NCBI GenBank assembly: GCA_030704615.1
Contig: CM060733.1
Span: forward strand, 18,414,001 to 18,478,000
Direction of reading: 5' to 3'
Source of the DNA: Takakia lepidozioides
Taxonomy: Eukaryota > Plantae > Bryophyta
DNA: 64,000 nucleotides
Shown: in pieces, positions 12,665 through 26,263 of the stretch
Layout: the number at the start of each line of letters is the position of its first letter
Position numbering within the stretch: the first letter of the stretch is position 1
Translations under genes and position numbers: made by a program
Notes under the pieces: model-generated
What the model was told of the DNA's origin: nothing
Databases searched by the model: none
The model's input: the letters and a program-made list of their open reading frames with translations, nothing else

Positions 12665-15600
12665 ATGGGGTCGGGCAAGCCAAAGCGAAAGCGGAACGGC
12701 CCGAAAGATGATGATCTTGGTGAGTCCGATGGGGGTGACGTATCACCGAAGCGGCCATTTGAGGAAGCGATTCATGCTTTTGAAAGCAAGGCCACTCAAG
12801 AATGGGAGGAATCTGAGGAGTCGGAGCTCGAGGAATCCCTAAGAGCTCCGACAGATCATGCCAGCAGCCTTTTGGGAAGGGTTGTTGGCGCAGTTTGGCG
12901 GGACGTTGAAAGACGTGTTGAGGGCGGCTAATGCCACTTCCACTAAGGCAAAGTTTAAGGTGAAGCCTAAGGAACCCGACACCTTCGAGGGCGTCCGAAA
13001 TCAGAAGGCACTCAACACCTGGCACTTGGAGCTACAGCAGTACTTCCGAGCGGCCAAGTTGAGTGACGAGAATCGGGTGGAGGTGGCTCCCACCTATTTG
13101 AGGGGCTATGCTCAACAATGGTGGCAGAAATGCCTTCACGACCGAGGTCCAAACCCGGAAACCTTGAACTGGAGTGAGTTCAAGGAACTAATGAAGAGAT
13201 AGTTTGTGCCCCTCAACGCGTCCTAGCTCGCCCGAGACAAGATGAGGAATCTGAAACAAACGGATGACATTCGGGGATATGTTCAGGCTTTCAATGTGCT
13301 GTTGCTCGAAGTCGCGGACATGGCAGAACCAGAAATGGCCTTCAACTTTCTGGCGGAACTGACCCCATGGACCAGGCGGAAGTTGGAGGAGAAGCCACCT
13401 AAGACTTTGAACGAGGCAATTGAGAGGGCTGAATGTTTCTTGGATGTCCCTAGGGGCGAAAGACAAGGCCGTACGGAGCTGAACCACAAGAAGACCCGGC
13501 GGGAGGGTGACTCATTCCGACCGGAAAAAAAGTGGGATAGGCCACGCGGCGACAATGGCACGTGGAAATCGAAGGGAGGTCCTTCTCACGTCAAGGCGGC
13601 ACCCAGTGCTCTGAAAGGAAAATCAGGTGCGGCGGCTTATGGCGGACAGAAGGCGACCTTTGATGGGGTGTGTTTTAATTGCGGGGAGCCCGGGCACATG
13701 GCTAAGAAGTGCGCAAAACCCCGACAATTGAACATGACTCAGGCGACCACATAGCTGTCGGAAGATTCCAGGTGGAAGCGGTGGTCGCTAAGACTTGCAA
13801 GGTAGGCAACTACTCTTGTGAGTTGTATCAGGAAACTGGCGCCCTGCGTAAAGGGAGTCAATTATTGTTCGTAGATGGGATAATTTCCGGAACTAACGTG
13901 TTGTTGTTGGTGGACACATGAGCGTCGCACTCCTTCATGACACCGGCAATGGCACGAAAGCTGGGGCTCCCGACAAGTGACGTGGGGGCCTCTATTGAGG
14001 TGCGTTCTGCCAAAAGAGAACCACAATTGGCGACGAGGTTGGCGTTCGATGTTCATCTTCAACTGGAGAGTTGAGAGGGACGTGAGAACTTCACCATTTG
14101 CGAGATCGATGGAGTGGATCTCATTTTGGAGATGACCTTTTTCAGCAAATCCGGAGCGGTTATAGATGGCCGCAAGAGAGTAATCACGCTGCCGTGTGGG
14201 AATGGTGGCGAAATTTTACGAATGTAGGAAACGCCCAAACCCGTAGGAGGGCGAATAAACCTTCTATCAGTAAGGGAGTGGGCCGTGGAGGAGCCACACG
14301 AGCCCCAGTTTTTGCTTTACGTAAGACAAATGAAAGGAGAAGGCGATGGAGAGCCGAGCCCAGATTGGATCAAGGGGATCTTGGAGAAATACCAGGATGT
14401 GATGCCAGAGGATTTACCAAGCGGCCTGCCACCGCGACGGGGAGTTGACCACAAGATTGAGGTGATATCGGGATCGGAGCCGCCTGCCAAGACGCCCTAC
14501 CGGTTGAGCCACAGAGAGTTGGTCGAGCTGAAGACTCAGCTCAAGGATCTAATGTCAAAGGGGTATATCCGGCCAAGTAAGTCACCTTATGGAGCCCCGG
14601 TGCTATTCGCAGACAAGAAGGATGGGACGCTGCGAATATGTGTCGATTACAGGGCTCTGAATAAGGTGACTATAAAAACCGATACCTTTTGCCAAGGATC
14701 GACGACTTTTTCGATCGGTTGGCATGAGCGAAGTATTTTAGCCGGATCGATTTGCACTCCGGCTATCATCAAATTCGAGTGGCGGAAGGAGATGAGGAGA
14801 AGACCGCGTGCAGGACAAGATATGGTTCGTACGAGTTCTTGGTAATGCCTTTTGGGCTCACCAACGCACCCGTGACCTTTAGCACGCTAATGAACAGCCT
14901 TTTCCAGGAGTGGTTGGATGACTTTGTGATCGTGTACATCGACGACATCTTGGTGTACTCGAAAACAAATGAAGAGCACCTAAAAAGGGTGTTCCAGAAA
15001 TTGCGGGAAGGTAAGCTGTATGCCAAAGCTTCAAAGTGCGAATTCGGGGTTACAAAAGTGGAGTTCCTGGGGCATGTGATTACACATGATGGGATCAAAA
15101 TGGATGACAGAAAGGTGAGGGCGATCTTGGACTGGGAACCTCCGACTTTGGTCCCGGGAGTGCGATCCTTCCTAGGACTCGCCTCCTATTACCGGAAGTA
15201 TGTGAGAAATTTCGCCAAGATCTCGGGGTCGTTGTCAAACCTCCTGTGTAAATCCAAGGTCTGGGTATGGAACACCTTTTGTGGCCAAGCTTTTGCCGAG
15301 TTGAAGCAGCGGATGGCGGAAGCTCCAGTCCTCAAAATTCCGGAGTTCGACCGTCCATTTGAGATCCATACAGATGCGTCGGACTTTGCAATTGGGGTAT
15401 ACTCATGCAGGATGGACATCCAGTGGCTTACAAAAGTAAGAAATTGAATGAAGTGGAGCGACGGTGGCCTACGCACGAGAAAGAAATGAAGGCGGTGGTG
15501 CATTGCCTTGAGTTTTGGCGCCACTATATTGGTTCTAACCCGGTGAAGGTGTTCACGGACAATGTCACGGTGAAGTATTTTGCCACGCAGCCTAAGTTGT

Positions 15601-18270
15601 CCCCAAAACAAATTAGGTGGCAAGACACTTTGGCATTGTTCGACGTGGATATCCAGTACAAACCGAGACGAGACAATGTGGTGGCTGATGCTTTAAGTAG
15701 AAAGCAACAGCTCGTGTTGGTGTACAAGGGTGAGACGGCGCTCCAAAGGAAGATCCGGAAGGCTTCCGGAAGGATGAGATGGCGAATTCTGTGATGCGGG
15801 ACTTGAGGATAGGGGTTAAATCGCAATTTTACTTGCAAAATGGACTGCTCCGGTATAAGCAAAAGCATCTCTACGTGTCGAAGGGAGGGATCAAAGATAG
15901 CCTCTTGAGATAATGTCATGATGGCCCGCTTGCGGGCCACGACGGAGCCAAGCGCACCGCGACACTCTTAAAGAAAGAGTATTTCTGGCTCAAACTGAGG
16001 GAGGAGGCCGAGGAGTATGTGAAGACATGCACCACATGCCAACAAAACTGGAGCGAGTGTAAAAAGCAAGCGGGGCTGTTACAACCCTTGCCGATTCCAG
16101 AGGGGTCTTGGGAAAGTGTCTCGATGGATTTCATGACTGCTATGCCGCTGTCAAAAGGATTCGATGCAATCATGGTGGTGGTGGATAGGTCAGTAAAATG
16201 GACCATTTCATTCCCACCAAGAAGACGGCAACGGCGCAAGAGACGGTGCGACTTTACTTCGCCCACGTCTTCAAGCATCATGGACTCCCGAAGGATATTG
16301 TCTCGGACCGTGATCCAAAGTTTACAAGTAAATTTTGGAGGGCACTTTGGAAGAAGATGGGGACGAGGCTCAAGATAAGCACCGCCTTCCGACCTACGAC
16401 AGACGGCCAAACGGAAAGGGTGAATTCCGTGGTGAAGCAAATCTTACGGAATTACGTGTCGGTAGACCAATCGGACTGGGTGGAACACTTGGATGCAACA
16501 GAGTTCTGTTATAATAACACAAAACACTCCCCTGGGGGGTGCACTCTTTATAAAATGTCCGTATCACGTGCGTTCGCCGCCTAATAAAAAAACCCCATGT
16601 ATACGGGTCCTTGGATCATTTATACCCCCTCTGTACATACATTTTGAAGATTATAAAATCCCCTCCTGTAAATATATAGAAATTTATAATTTTAAAAAAG
16701 TACCCCCTGCTGTATGTATATTTCTTTTTTGAATCATTAAAAAATACCCTCAAATATGTATATGTATTTTTTTTATTATATCAAGTTTATTCATTTAAAA
16801 ACAGACCTCGGCCTGTATTACTATGTAGGTCCAAATTTTATGAAACCAAGTCGGTGCATCCCTACCCATTGAGGGCTTTCCAACGGTACCAAAATCGTGG
16901 CTAGAGGCCCTGCGGTTTGGGAGATCTCAAGGACCCTACAAACAATATTGTGTTCATGCCATATTTGAAAAAAAAAAACCCCCAATTATTTACATTTATG
17001 TCCCCGTGTACAAAGGATAAATAAATGGCCAGTAATTGTTGCAAGAAAGCCCATTTTGCTATTTTTCGCGAGTTTCCAACAACCAAAAGTACTTGAAATT
17101 TCATATCTCCCACATTGCAAGTTCCAAAATTATGAGACCAAGCCAGTGCACCCCTCCTCATGGAGGGCTTTCCAATGGTACCAAATACCAGGGCTGGGGC
17201 CCCGCGGTTGGGGAGATCTCAACAATGATACAAAACAAAATATTGTCTTTATTGTATATTACTGTTTAACATTAAAATTGTTTCAAGAACCGTGGACCAG
17301 CCTAGTGGTATGGAGTTGGTCGAGGTGTGTAGGTGGTCTTGGGCTCAAATCTACATTGTGATATATACATATTTTCAAAGTTTTCGAAAAATTCAAAACA
17401 CCATGAGATTTGAACCCACGATGAGAGTCGTGGCATTGGTAACCCTTACCACTACGCTGCCCTCCTAATCATGCTAAACCTTGCTGTAGACTTATATTTA
17501 AGGTGTTGCTTTACCCCCCTATGTATGTATAATGTTGTACATGGGGGGTTAAAAATATCCCCTCATGTGCACGTACGTGGCTGGTACAGGTTGGCTGGGG
17601 TGCACCTCTCGGGAACACTCCGCAACGGGAGTTTCCCCTTTCGTATTGGTCTATGGAAAAGCACCTCTGGTGCCGACAAGTTGGGCTGCCCAGGACGTTG
17701 AGGAACCGGCAGCAGCGGCGGTACTGGAAGAACGTGAGCGTTTGTTAAAGCTCGCAAAGTACAACATTGCTAAAGCTAGGAAACGGTATGAAATGCAGGC
17801 GAATCGGAAGCGGAGGGAAGTTAAGTTTGAGGCAGGCACGGAGGTCTGGTTGAACATCAAGAATTTCCGACTACCTCCGGAAGTGAGTCCGAAGTTCGTA
17901 CCTCCGTATGCGGGACCCTTTCATATCCGGATGATTATGAATGAGGATGTGTATGAATTGGAGCTGCCGGCAAACAGCAAGGTGCATCCAGTATTCCACG
18001 TCTCTCTTTTGAAGTCTTACTTCAAAGATGAAGTGCGTCCGAATCGGCATCAAGTGTTGCGTCCGCCACCTGTGCTGTTGGACCATGAAAATGAACATGA
18101 GTATGAGGTGGAGGTAGTGCTTAAGTCGAGGAGGTTCAAGAATCGAGAAATGGAGTATCTCGTGAAATGGAATGGACTATAATCATGTAGAGGCATCTTG
18201 GGTGCGTGCCTCAGAAATAAGAAACGCATCCGAGGCTGTTGCAGCTTTCGAAGGGCGACCTCAAAAGTGA
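12665..18270 (+). pseudogene. Chromovirus gag-pol (gag with CCHC, protease, RT, RNase H, integrase, chromodomain), with multiple stops and frameshifts
   Basis: CFNCGEPGHMAKKC knuckle; LLVDT*ASHSF protease; MPFGLTNAP and YIDD (~14935) RT; [10 protein letters not shown]...NVVADALSR RNase H; HD..LAGH/CTTC and SMDF...SDRDPKF...DGQTER integrase; YEVEVVL...YLVKWNG / YNHVEASW...AVAAFE chromodomain (frameshifted, stop at 18270). Confidence 0.95.
16531..17613. mobile_element. Non-autonomous DNA transposon (MITE) inserted in the chromovirus integrase; 8-bp TSD, possibly hAT-type
   Basis: TSD aacactcc (16523-16530 / 17614-17621); imperfect 14-bp TIRs cctggggggtgcac / gtgcacctctcggg; removal restores integrase NTKHSATG; AT-rich non-coding interior. 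Confidence 0.85.
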
Positions 18271-19188
18271 AAGAAGCGTTGATGGGGACATCAACCTTGG
18301 AGCGTGGGGGGAGGAAATGCTTGCTTAGCCCGGCTTAGCTAAGCTCAGGAACCCGATTGCAAAAACTTGTATTGTACAAATTTTGTTATAAATTAAATGG
18401 TTCCCAAATGTTGTGCGTCCTATTTTGTTTGGAATGGTGATGCATGGTTTGTTTGGCTAGTGTGTAGAATGCATGCTAGCTTACAAAGTGGTAGAGGTAA
18501 ATTGGATTAATTGTGTGTTTGCATAGTGCCGAAATCGAATGACTCCCATCCAAGAGGCAAGGAAACTTGCGCCTTCTTTGGGAGTTCACGTGCTAGTGCG
18601 CACCTGGCGCGTGCGCGTACTATAACTACGCTACCGAGGGGGTTGCCTTGTAGTGCAGGCTAACGTGGAAGCTACGTGCTTCTGTTCACGTACTATAATC
18701 GTGTAGCCTCAGGACGAAGTTGTAGTGCGGCTTTGGCGTGTTCCCTTACCTCAGGCCAGCATTCTAAGGCGGACCCAATTGTAGTGATTGGGGCGCACGG
18801 TTAGTTCAAGGTTATCTTCCTAGTAAAAAAGGGTTCAAGGTGAACCTTTGCTCAAGGTGATGCCAAAAGCGGCACCACGAGCGGTCGCAAGCAATGTTGT
18901 TGCAGTAAGACGATTCGATCCTTGAGGAGGATCGTTCCTTGGCCTTGAAGTGGGCCAAGAAGAGTGCACTGGGAGGAGCTTGAGAGGCTCCACCCTTGGC
19001 CGGGACTTGGAGGAAGTTGGCCGAACTAGCTAGTGGAGAGTAGAGTCAAGTGTGGGGTTTGGTTCTTTGCCATGGGACGCCATGGTGCGGAAACAAACTC
19101 CTTGATGTGGGACGCCACAACTTGGTTGTTCGTTTCTACAAAATAGACAAGTCGATGAGGACATCGACTCCCTGTTGGTAGGGGTGTG

Positions 19189-19316
19189 TGTCCCGGCCCT
19201 TTGCCTTGAGGGCAGGGGGTCGGGACGCAGAAGGGCTGCCCCTGTGGTGGGGGCGGTGGCAGCAATAGGTACGGGGTGCTGAAGCACCCTTGAGTGCCCA
19301 AGGCACTCAAGGAGGC
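19189..19316 (+). repeat. Chromovirus 3' LTR, left part (interrupted)
   Basis: tgtcccggccctttgcc... matches the 5' LTR start; preceded by a gtcgatgaggacatcgac hairpin and a G-rich tract. Confidence 0.95.
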
Positions 19317-21119
19317 TGTCAAGTTATTTTACCACTGGTGTGAAGTTAGCTAGTTAGATGACATGATCAGCTCCAAGTATTTCTGCCCGAAATCAGTTGT
19401 TGCGGGTAGATGAGGAGCAGCCGAATGGTGGAGCTGCAAGGAGATGCATTGCAGCCCGTTGAGAGCTTCAGCTCCAAGCTCATGAAGAGGTATGAGTGAA
19501 GAGAGGGGGCTGGTCCCTCTTGTGTGCAAATCAGTGCACTTGTGAAACATGTGCTGAGTTGGAGTTTCAATCTGAAACTCAGTAGTGTAAGGGCTCTTGG
19601 AGTGGCAAGAACGGGGCTGGAAGGGCAGCAACGAGGCGCCCTAGAGCCAAGGGAGATGCATGAGAAATGCAGGTGCACCAAGTTTGTAAAGAAGCCATAG
19701 CTCGTCGGCAGCAGGTGCAAGAGCAAACCCCAGCTCGGGAACGCGTGGGAACGCCGGGAACGTCTCGGGAACGCATGGGAACTCGTTGGGAGTTCCAGGG
19801 ATCGCAAGGAATAGTGGTCGTGATGGTCCGTTGGGGCGGTATCATGAGATACCACGAGCCCAGGTTGTGATGGTTGACCGTTGACCGTGACCGTTGGAAG
19901 TCGTGGTGCGGATACAACGGGTGGGCACGGTGACCAGATCGTGGGGATGGCGGGCCGTGAAGGCTTGTGGGAGTGGTACCACGGGGTATCACTGGGCAGC
20001 CCGTGGCCAACGAGTGCCTAGGGCGGGCCGTGAGGAGTCGTGGCGGTTGGAGCCACGGAAGGCCGCGAACAGTTAGAGTGAAAAAAAAATAAAAATAAAA
20101 AATAAATAAAATCTTTTTTCACTCGTTTCGTGGGACCTTGATGGGGAGGCTGGGCTCTGAAGAACAACGGTTTTGAGCTAGCTGATCCGGCAGAAAAGTC
20201 GGAATTGCCTCCCTGCTGCGTCTTAACAAAGGGGATTACTTCCATGCAGGTAATCTTTTCGGGTTTTCGCCCAATTCTTAACTATGGGGAAGACCAGCCT
20301 GCAAGTAATTCCTTTGGACAGAATGTTGTTGGGGCCTATATGTACCTCTATTTGCTCCATTTTTGAACCTTCAGTGAACGGTGTCGTTTCCTGAGGTAAT
20401 TCCATTCGGAGGAATGACTGGTGGACGTAAGGAGGCACTGGCGGACCCTGTGGAGGCTTGCATGGGGCCTTGGAGGCCAAGTTTCATGAGCTCGTGGAGG
20501 GCGGTTTGAGGAGTGTCTACAGGATGCTCTCATGGTCATGCAAGTGAGAGAAGAGAGGAAAAAAGAGGGTGTTGGGATGAGAGCGTGCTTGGGATAGGCA
20601 TTGCTTTAGCTTCTCTTCCTCGTAGTTTTTCACCTTCTCTGTAGGCCGAGACCTTTTTGTAGGTGGAGACAAAAGTCAGTCCGGGTTTGGGCTGGGTTGC
20701 AGGAGCGACACTGTGGAGTTATTTTTGGTGTTGGGGGAGTTGTTGTTTTCATTCTTGTGTTTGGATCCCCTCCACAACTGCATGCTTGATTGTGCGCCAT
20801 GCTAGTTTTGTGTGGGCGCTTGATTTTATAGGTGGTGGACTCGGGCTTGATCGCCGATCCCACCCTAGAGCATGTTGTCGATGGTGAGGCTGGGGTGATG
20901 ACCAGTCAGACCATCTTTGTTTCTCCTGTGGTGAGGTTGGAGGTGATGACCAGCCAACCATAGGAGTGTCTGCGGTGGATGCAGGTACAGGTGCAGGCTA
21001 TGTTAGGAACCTAGTATTCCAAACCATAAGCCGCATCAGGTTCTCTACCCGGTTACCTTGTGGAGAGGGGATTAGAGACATGTTCATGACCGGTTGAGTG
21101 TCAGTTTGTCAACACGGAG

Positions 21120-22560
21120 GTGCCACTAGTTGATGGGGAAAGTGCCGGTACGAACACTAGCGATACTAGCGGGTATACGAGACGAGGTGTGCGGTTTAGG
21201 CCACCTTCACCTCCTGTGTCTTCTACGGAAGGTTATGATTCGGATTATGAATCAGGAAGACCACACCGGCGGTGCAAGTTGTTTCCTTGCCATTGTTGTG
21301 GGACACGATGGAGGAGATGTATGGAGCCACCAAGGGGCCACGAAGGTATTCTGGGGCGGTGAGCACCATTGAGTTGGATGATTTTATCCAAGATTTTGAT
21401 AGTTGGCGTGACTTGCAGCAAATGCGCAATCCACAACTGTTTACGCCTTTCATGGCATGGAAGGGGCTGTTTCAGTACCTTAAGGGGCCGCCCATGGACG
21501 ATTACCATGAGTTTAGGCGGGGGCACGATGTTGAGATCGAGGAGTGGAGGATGTATTGGTCACCTGACTATGTCTCCATCACTAGAGGCACTAGAGGCAC
21601 AAGGGCAGCAGCCACACCGGCAGTTGCACCAGCAGCTACAACAACAGCTTCCACGAGCAGTAGTGGGACTAGTGGTACAACAACTATGACGGCCACCCAA
21701 GCTACTGCTGCACCCAGCACCAATGGCGGTGCCTGCCTTCAACCCTGTTGTGGAGTTCTTCGAAGACTTGAGAAGGAACTACCAAAGGGTGAGGATAGAG
21801 AAGTTGAGGAGCTTGCAAGAGTTCCAACGGAAGCCTACTGAGAGCTTGAGGGAGGCTTTCACTCGCATGAGGCGCTTGATTAATGTAACCCAAGGGGTTA
21901 CGGAGGCTCAGGCAGTCCAATTCTAGTACGGGATATTGGACAAGGAGCTGAAGAGAAGGGTGCGGGATGCAACTCTCCTACAAGTGGCCCAACCCACCTT
22001 AGCAAATGTGTTTTTGCTGGCAGAGCGGATAGAGCTCAACATGGTGGAGGAACGAGTGGTCATGGTGGGATTTGCTAAGGAGGCACGTAGTGGTGCTCCT
22101 AGCCAGCCACTACCTCAACGTGCTCAAGGCAGCAAAGGGGCTCAGGTGAAGCCCATGGAAGGGCAGAGAGGACCTCAGATGCAGGGGTCTCTCCCTTCAT
22201 TTGCTGGCCAACAACGGGCGGATGTGGTGTGCTGGACATGTGGAGGACCTCATGTCAAGAAGGATTGCCCAAAGGGAGACAATGGTTTGGCACCAGCACA
22301 ACCTGCACAGGTGCAGTGTGGGCATTGTGGCAGGTACGGGCATGGAGAGGCCCAGTGCTATGGTTTGCACCCTGAGTTGCGCTCATGCCAGTTCCAAGGG
22401 AACAATGGTGGCCGGGGGTGAGGTGGAGCAGCCCAGAGAGGACGAGGTGGCCAGGCATGAGGTGCAGGCCAAGGGCAGGCTCAACATGACCAAGGACGCG
22501 GAGATCAGGGTGGTGATCAAGGCATGGCCAACCGGCTTCAGCAGCTAGAGCAGAGGCTCG
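21120..22560 (+). pseudogene. gag of the DNMT-bearing element
   Basis: ELDDFIQDFDSW...LQEFQRKPTESLREAFTRMRRL; zinc knuckles CWTCGGPHVKKDC and CGHCGRYGHGEAQC; frameshifted. Confidence 0.85.
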
Positions 22561-23329
22561 CTGCCATGGCCACAGCTCAGGTGGTACCGGCTCCAAGGCT
22601 GGATGGTCCACCTTCTGCTCCCGAGGGAGGAGACTTAGGAGGCATGGGATTCATGTGCGGGGCAACTCTACCACTAGTGAGGGGTGCCACTACCACTACC
22701 ACTATGGGTGGGGCACCACTACCACTAGTGTCGGGCAACACTACCACTACCACTACCACTATGTGCGGGGGGCAGCATTACCACTAGTGCAAGTGGACTC
22801 AGCTGCGGCAGTGACTTAAGAAGCAGCACGAGTTCCTGAGCCACAGGGTGCAGAGGTGGAGTTGGATCCACATCGTGGGGAGGCAAGCCGTCAGGCCAAG
22901 CTTCCTCAGTCATTCACATTGGCGGAGACAGTGTCGACGCCGTCCATGGCACCTAGTTCTCGCCCGACTGTTACCGAGGCGGAGGTTATTATGCCATTGG
23001 GGAGAGTTACACGGGCAGCACCACTACCTAGTGTTGCCAAGGCTACGACAGCTAGTGTGCTGCTGGGGGCGGCCACAGCTGTGTGCCAGGCTCCATTGTT
23101 CTCGGCTACCATGATTGCGACGCTGGGGGTAAGACCAACTGAGGTGTTCAGGCTGGCAGCAACACTCTGTGAGAGTGAGGAGGTTACTTCATCTTCTGCG
23201 GAGATAGTGGGAGGTGTAGTGCCGGAGGGATCCTCAGATGTGAGGGTCAAGACTGCCACGGCAGCGCCATGGCAAGCTGCAGCTATCAGGTTGATGGAGC
23301 TGTCAGCTAGGCCAGCCATTGAGTGCGCC

Positions 23330-23790
23330 ATGGTGACACCTGGAGTTGTCATGTTAGACCACCAGGATGGCATTTTCTGTTTGAGTGGACCGGCAGGCAA
23401 GAGGTACCACTGCGGTCTTGTTGGACCGAGCTCAGCCATTGACTCGGGAGCTCAGCCATTGATGTTGGGCTACTATGCAGCCTCACGGAGGCGGATATGG
23501 AGCCGTGCCCTTTCCAGATACAGACATCTCTGGGAGGATCAGAGTAGGCTCGGGGCATGATACGGCGTGAGTTGGCTATCAGACTACAGCTGGATCATCC
23601 TACAGATGGCTCAGTGATGAGAGCCAAGGCCATTGTGACAGACGCGGTCTCGTACAATGTTCTTGTTGGTGGGGCAGTGTTGTACCCCATGGGCTTCACC
23701 CTGGATTTTTGGGAGGAGTTAGCTTCCTATAGGCCTGGATGGCAGTCAGGGGAAGGCTGGCGTGTGCAGCTCCCTATGACATTCATAGGA
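23330..23790 (+). pseudogene. Retropepsin-type aspartic protease of the DNMT-bearing element
   Basis: IDSGAQPLMLG active-site motif at ~23440; downstream YNVLVGG motif. Confidence 0.75.
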
Positions 23791-23894
23791 GGAGTTGCGG
23801 TTGCCCAGCGAGGCAAGATGCCAACACTGGCAGTATTCATAGCTGTAGCGACTTGGCCTGGAGAGTTGTTGGATGACAACACTCATTCAGAGGA

Positions 23895-24155
23895 TTGCCC
23901 ATTAGTGGCACATTCTCCAAGATGTATGCTGGAGATACAACTTGATGAAGCTGTAAGTGGCGCAAAACCCGCACCATCTTCCAAACCAGACCCGACCTCG
24001 AGTCTCGCAATCCATTGCCATGCCCGGCTGATAAATGCCCTTGGCAGGGCCAACCTGCCACTACCAAATCAATGGAGCCAACCCGCTCCAAATCCTGCGC
24101 CCCCAGCAACGAAATGTCTCCTGGCAAGGCCTGCTGATATCCACAAACTACAGAC
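23895..24155 (-). pseudogene. C5-cytosine DNA methyltransferase catalytic core (motifs IV and VI), locally inverted
   Basis: ORF 23837-24184(-): GDISLLGAQDLERVGSIDLVVAGWPCQGHLSAGHGNGLRDSRSGLVWKMVRVL...PAYILENVP, matching the canonical D(L/I)xxGGxPCQxxS.AG...G..D.R..L and ENV motifs. Confidence 0.9.
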
Positions 24156-24430
24156 AAACAAGGTGGGTCGACCACAAGCAGCACTACCTACACTGCTCAG
24201 CTTCCCAGGATCGCATGCTTTCCGGGATAGCGGACCTGGCCTCCTATGGGATGCTCAGTTGTAGCAGTTAGTGGAGCCTAATGCCGACGAGCAAGAGCGG
24301 ACTATGGGTTTTTCCATTGGGACCACGGCGGTGCCTTCTCTTTCTGAGGCATCACGTCGTCAGGTGTTGGGGCAAGCGATGGATCTAAATTGCTTGACCT
24401 GGATTATCAGCTTGGCTATGGCTGAGCAAC
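24155..24430 (+). pseudogene. C5-cytosine DNA methyltransferase C-terminal part (TRD tail, motifs IX and X)
   Basis: NKVGRPQAALPTLLSFPGSHAFRDSGPGLLWDAQL*QLVEPNADEQERTMGFSIGTT...LSEASRRQVLGQAMD matches E.ER.MGF (IX) and R..LG.A (X). Confidence 0.75.
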
Positions 24431-24894
24431 GTAGAGTGCGGAGTGCACTTCCCTTGACGGTCTCTCTGCCTACCGAGACGGTACAGGCAGTGAGTGGGGG
24501 CGAGCCGGTGAGGACCACGGAGTGTAGACATCCATGGCACACGTGGGAGGTGCTCGAGGTTCAAAGGGAGTTGGCAGCCAAGACGGCTGTGATGGATGAG
24601 GTGGGGATTCTTCTCGGGTTGAGGAGGTCCTCAAGGATGAGATGATGGGGCAGGATGAGGCCTTGTCATTGACTGAGCAGGCAGGGAGTACTGCTCAAGA
24701 GGTTGCGGCATAGCAACCACGGGACGCGTCCTCTACCTCTAAGTCTACTGGACTTAAGGTTGCAGTTACGAAGGGCAATTGGGAGCCTGACATTGGATCT
24801 ATTGTCACTAGAGGAGAGAGACGACGTATATGGGGGTTCCTGAGGCTTACAGGAATTGCTTTGCCTCTCGTGCTACGGTGGAGGAGCATGAGAG

Positions 24895-26260
24895 ACATGT
24901 TCAGGTTGTGCATCGACCAGGTTTGGTCAATAGGGATGCGGATGGATTGAGTCGCAATCCATGCACGAACCAGCAGGATGACTGTAGATGTAGTGTCTGA
25001 GGACCCTGAGGCTAGTGATGAGCCAGGTGGTGCCAGAGATATACATGAGGATTCGGTTGTGTTGGATTACCTCCGCACTGGAGACACGACAGCTAGTGTG
25101 ACTGCCAAGGAGAGGGATCGGATCTTACAACGAGCCAAGAGGTTCAAGTGGGAGGGGATACACCTGCTTCGAGTGTGGGAGGATGGTCGGGTGAGGATCG
25201 TGCCTCACCCAACACAGCGTGCACGGTTAGTGCGGCATGCCCATGAGGAGTTGGGGCATTTTGGAGTGCGACGCACTCATAGTTTACTGCAGGGGCAGTA
25301 TTGGTGGCGTGGTATGCACACAGAGGTACAACAGTTCGTGGCTAGGTGCATGGTGTGTGACAGGGTGCGTGCTTCATTCAACGCCCCTACACCACAGTTG
25401 CATCCTTTACCCATCATAGGATTGGGCTACAGGTGGAGTCTTGACTTCGTAGGGCCTTTGTCACTGACGATGCGTCACCACAGATATGTGTTGGTGATGG
25501 TGGAGCACTTCTCCAAGTGGATTGAGTTGGTTCCATTGCCTGACAAGGCTAGTGAGGGGGCTGCGTATGCATTCCTGGATCGTGTGCTTAGCCGATCCGG
25601 TGCTCCAGCTGAGGTACTCACGGACCAAGGGAGAGAGTTCTTGGGGGGGGGGGGGGGGGTTTCAGGCTTTGTGTGATAAAGCCTTAATAGACCACCGTAC
25701 CACTTCTCGGGATCATCTTGAGGCCGATGGCTTGGTAGAGAGAGTGGTGCAGACGGTGAAGAGGGTTTGCGCAAGTATGGCTTGCAAAAATGACACCTAG
25801 GAGATTGGGATCTTCAAGTACCTTGGCTAGCCATGGGCTACACGTTTAGCAAGCAAGCATCACTTGCCTCCTTCTCACCATATTTTCTTCTCTTTGGCCG
25901 AGAGCCAGATTTGCCTGCGTCTATTCACAGGGAGGCTGCAGTAGTCCTCAACCTTGATGATCCGGATGTGTGGACACAAGCATGTGCCCAGCGGGCAGAG
26001 TTATTCAAGAGGGTCATGCCTATGGTTTTTGAGAACCTTGCTATTGCCCAACACCGAGACACATTGAGGTATGCCACTATACGTGGAGGGGATATCGGCC
26101 AGGTGTTCGGCGTTTCCACCCTGGAGACTATGTGTATCTGCAGCAAACAACGCCTACGACCTTGGATGTCACAGCAGGACGTGTGATTCTAAGGGTCAGG
26201 GAGGTGTTGCCTTCAGGAGTGTTAATTCTGGAGGGTCGAGATGGCATGGTATGAAAGGAC
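24895..26260 (+). pseudogene. RNase H tail and integrase of the DNMT-bearing element
   Basis: FQVVHRPGLVNRDADGLSRNP; HEELGHFG...CMVC zinc finger; WSLDF, LTDQGREF and DGLVER DDE core; frameshift at poly-G ~25650. Confidence 0.92.
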
Positions 26261-26263
26261 CAT

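Noticed and set aside
17290-17465. Functional tRNA genes
   Set aside because: Only A/B-box-like motifs are present; I could not build a convincing cloverleaf.
20018-20540. Minus-strand ORFs in the 5' region of the DNMT element as a captured gene
   Set aside because: Short, overlapping and without identifiable motifs; cannot be supported without a search.
23837-24184. Independent host DNMT gene on the - strand
   Set aside because: It has no motif I, start context or introns, and the remaining MTase motifs lie on the + strand within the retroelement; an internal inversion explains it better.
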